This document shows, piece after piece, positions 62,202 to 64,000 of a stretch of 64,000 nucleotides of DNA. The position numbers and the translations under genes are program-made. The stretch is from Azolla caroliniana. Its lineage: Eukaryota; Plantae; Polypodiophyta. Where the stretch lies: assembly GCA_043228905.1 (NCBI GenBank), contig JBHGNT010000016.1, positions 7,068,001 to 7,132,000 on the forward strand, written 5' to 3'. Each line of letters starts with the position of its first letter. Position 1 is the stretch's first letter. Under the pieces are notes generated by a model. The model ran no database searches. It saw only the letters and a list, made by a program, of their open reading frames with translations, and was not told the DNA's origin.

Positions 62202-63226
62202 ATAGTACGTAAAATTCGTGTTCGTCCAGCATAACATTCGTTTGCCTAACGTTGGAAAACGAATGCAAATGTTATTCAAACATGTTGGGAGACAGGTCCC
62301 TCCGGATGGGAAGGGAGAAGAACAGTGCCGACGAACAAACTCGGCCGAAACCGATAGGCCGAGGCCGAAACGGTATGAGGGGAACCCGGCTACGGAGAGC
62401 CGGATGATACAGACCCGGTGAAGACCGGATGAGGAGTACCCGGCTACAGAGAGCCGGATGGTGCAGACCTGGTATGAACCGGATGAGGAGTACCCGGCTA
62501 CGGAGAGCCGGATGATGCAGACCCGGTGAAGACCGGATGAGGAGTACCCGGCTACGGAGAACCGGATGAAGAGACATATTCGTAATTATGTTTTTGATAG
62601 TCCATCGAGGCTATATTTGTAAATAGCCGAAAAGTCATATTAGTATAAATATGACTTAGGGCAAACTTTTAGGTGTGAACAGTTGTTGTGATTCTTCTTG
62701 TTGGTGCAAGAAGAAGGGAGAGCGCGTAACTGTACAGAGAGAGAGAGAGAACGAGGTTGTTGCCTCTGTTGTAACCGCCGCCTGTGGCGAAGATCGTGAA
62801 CACGAGGTCGTTGCCTCCGTGAACTCACTGTTTGTACATTCTTACATAGTGACAGTTTGCAGCCTGTGGGCTGCCGTGGTTTTTCCCCCTAGTTTGGGGT
62901 TTTCCACGTAAACCTCCTGTGTATTGTTGTGTATCTTCCTCTTCTTTTGTGTCGTGTTCTATTTCCCGTTTTCTGTGTGTCAATCTAAGCTCGGTTGTGG
63001 CCAAGCATTGCGCATAAGGAACGATCATTGGGTTCCCGTCATCTTGTGTTTTTTTTTTGTTTTTTTCCCATTTTTTAATGTTTTTTTTTTGTTTTTTTTC
63101 CAGTTTTTAGGCTTATTTACCTCATAATAAATAGTTAATCCAAAAGTACGGTATTTATCATTCTTTGAGGGTGTTTTTCTTTCGCGAATGCGAATGCACG
63201 TATGGTACGTATTGTTCATACTATGG
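62202..63226. mobile_element. MITE copy (same family as 37487-37707) split by a solo LTR
   Basis: 62203-62282 and 63042-63226 align consecutively with the reverse complement of 37487-37707. Confidence 0.8.
62283..63041 (+). mobile_element. Solo LTR of a copia A-related family
   Basis: Starts TGTTGGGAGACAGGTCCCTCCGGATGGGAAGG like copia A LTRs and is colinear through to the end; no PBS, PPT or internal sequence adjacent. Confidence 0.9.
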
Positions 63227-63539
63227 AATCATGGATATATATATATATACATAGATTGAGATATTCGAATTCGTGGGGCCTCCCCCACGAATACCAACGA
63301 ATATGTATAAGAATATTTCTTCCAATATTCATTAACTTTTTTTTTCCCGTTTTTTTTTTTTGAAAAAATGCATTCGACGAGTAGCGAATAGAGAAGAGCT
63401 ATGCAGGGAATAGCAATCAACAATCAACAGGGAACAACATCAAACATTGGCTCCTCGAAATTTAGGGTTTGACTCCATCAAACATCGGTCATATATATTC
63501 TATATTCATATCATGTGAATGATGGCATGTAATGGCTTG

Positions 63540-63975
63540 AATCCTTCCTTGATCTGTGTCGAGAGAATTTTATTTTGCATTCTATGTAGAAACTCATTCT
63601 TCTGTTGAAGAAATCCATGGATTGCTGACATGAAGAAGCTGTCTTATTTTTCCATTTTTGAAGAATCATTCTCACATGCATGTTAAATGGGTTGAAAACC
63701 TTCTTTGATCTGTGAAAGAGGAGTTATGCAGAAGTGAATTCTCTATTGGAGGAGAATCCATGGCTCGTTGATGAAGAAGCTTTTGTTTTGAAGATTCATT
63801 GCAAAGTTAACGTATAATGGCTTGTTGAAGAAGAGTTTTTTGTAGAAGAATTATTGTCAAGTACAAGTATAATGGCGTGATTCCTTTTTTTATCTGTGAA
63901 AGAGGAGTTATGCATTCTATGTAGGGGCTCATTTTTTTGTTAAGGAAGCCATAGATTTTCGATGAAGAAACCTTT
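63540..63975. repeat. Degenerate tandem repeat, three copies of ~160-185 bp
   Basis: CCTTC..TGATCTGTG...GAG...CCAT.G...ATGAAGAA recurring near 63543, 63699 and 63883. Confidence 0.6.
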
Positions 63976-64000
63976 GCATTTAGAAGAATCAAAGTGATAT

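Overview
AT-rich, intron-rich nuclear DNA from a land plant, most likely a fern (inferred from a PLS-type PPR fragment, a Tcn1-like chromovirus and RTEX-like LINEs). The left ~29 kb is a stack of transposons. A 5'-truncated L1-clade LINE (4801-21292, 16-bp TSD) carries a Ty1/copia element (7430-18310, TSD GAGTT). That element carries a second, apparently intact copia (9048-14545, TSD CATGT) inserted at its RT YVDD motif. A decayed copia (~22150-28464) carries a deleted chromodomain Ty3/gypsy (23337-26524, TSD GTGAG) and a ~0.8-kb tandem duplication. The right part holds three host genes: RPS24 (+, 5 exons), an F-box gene with a single coding exon (-), and a 20-exon SGR2-like DDHD phospholipase A1 (-). 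It also holds MITEs, a solo LTR and many short tandem duplications. The most unusual signal is a set of tRNA-like Pol III A/B-box modules: one is built antisense into the U3 tip of the gypsy LTRs, and another is a ~200-bp two-headed convergent element present twice. All coordinates and alignments were read by eye.
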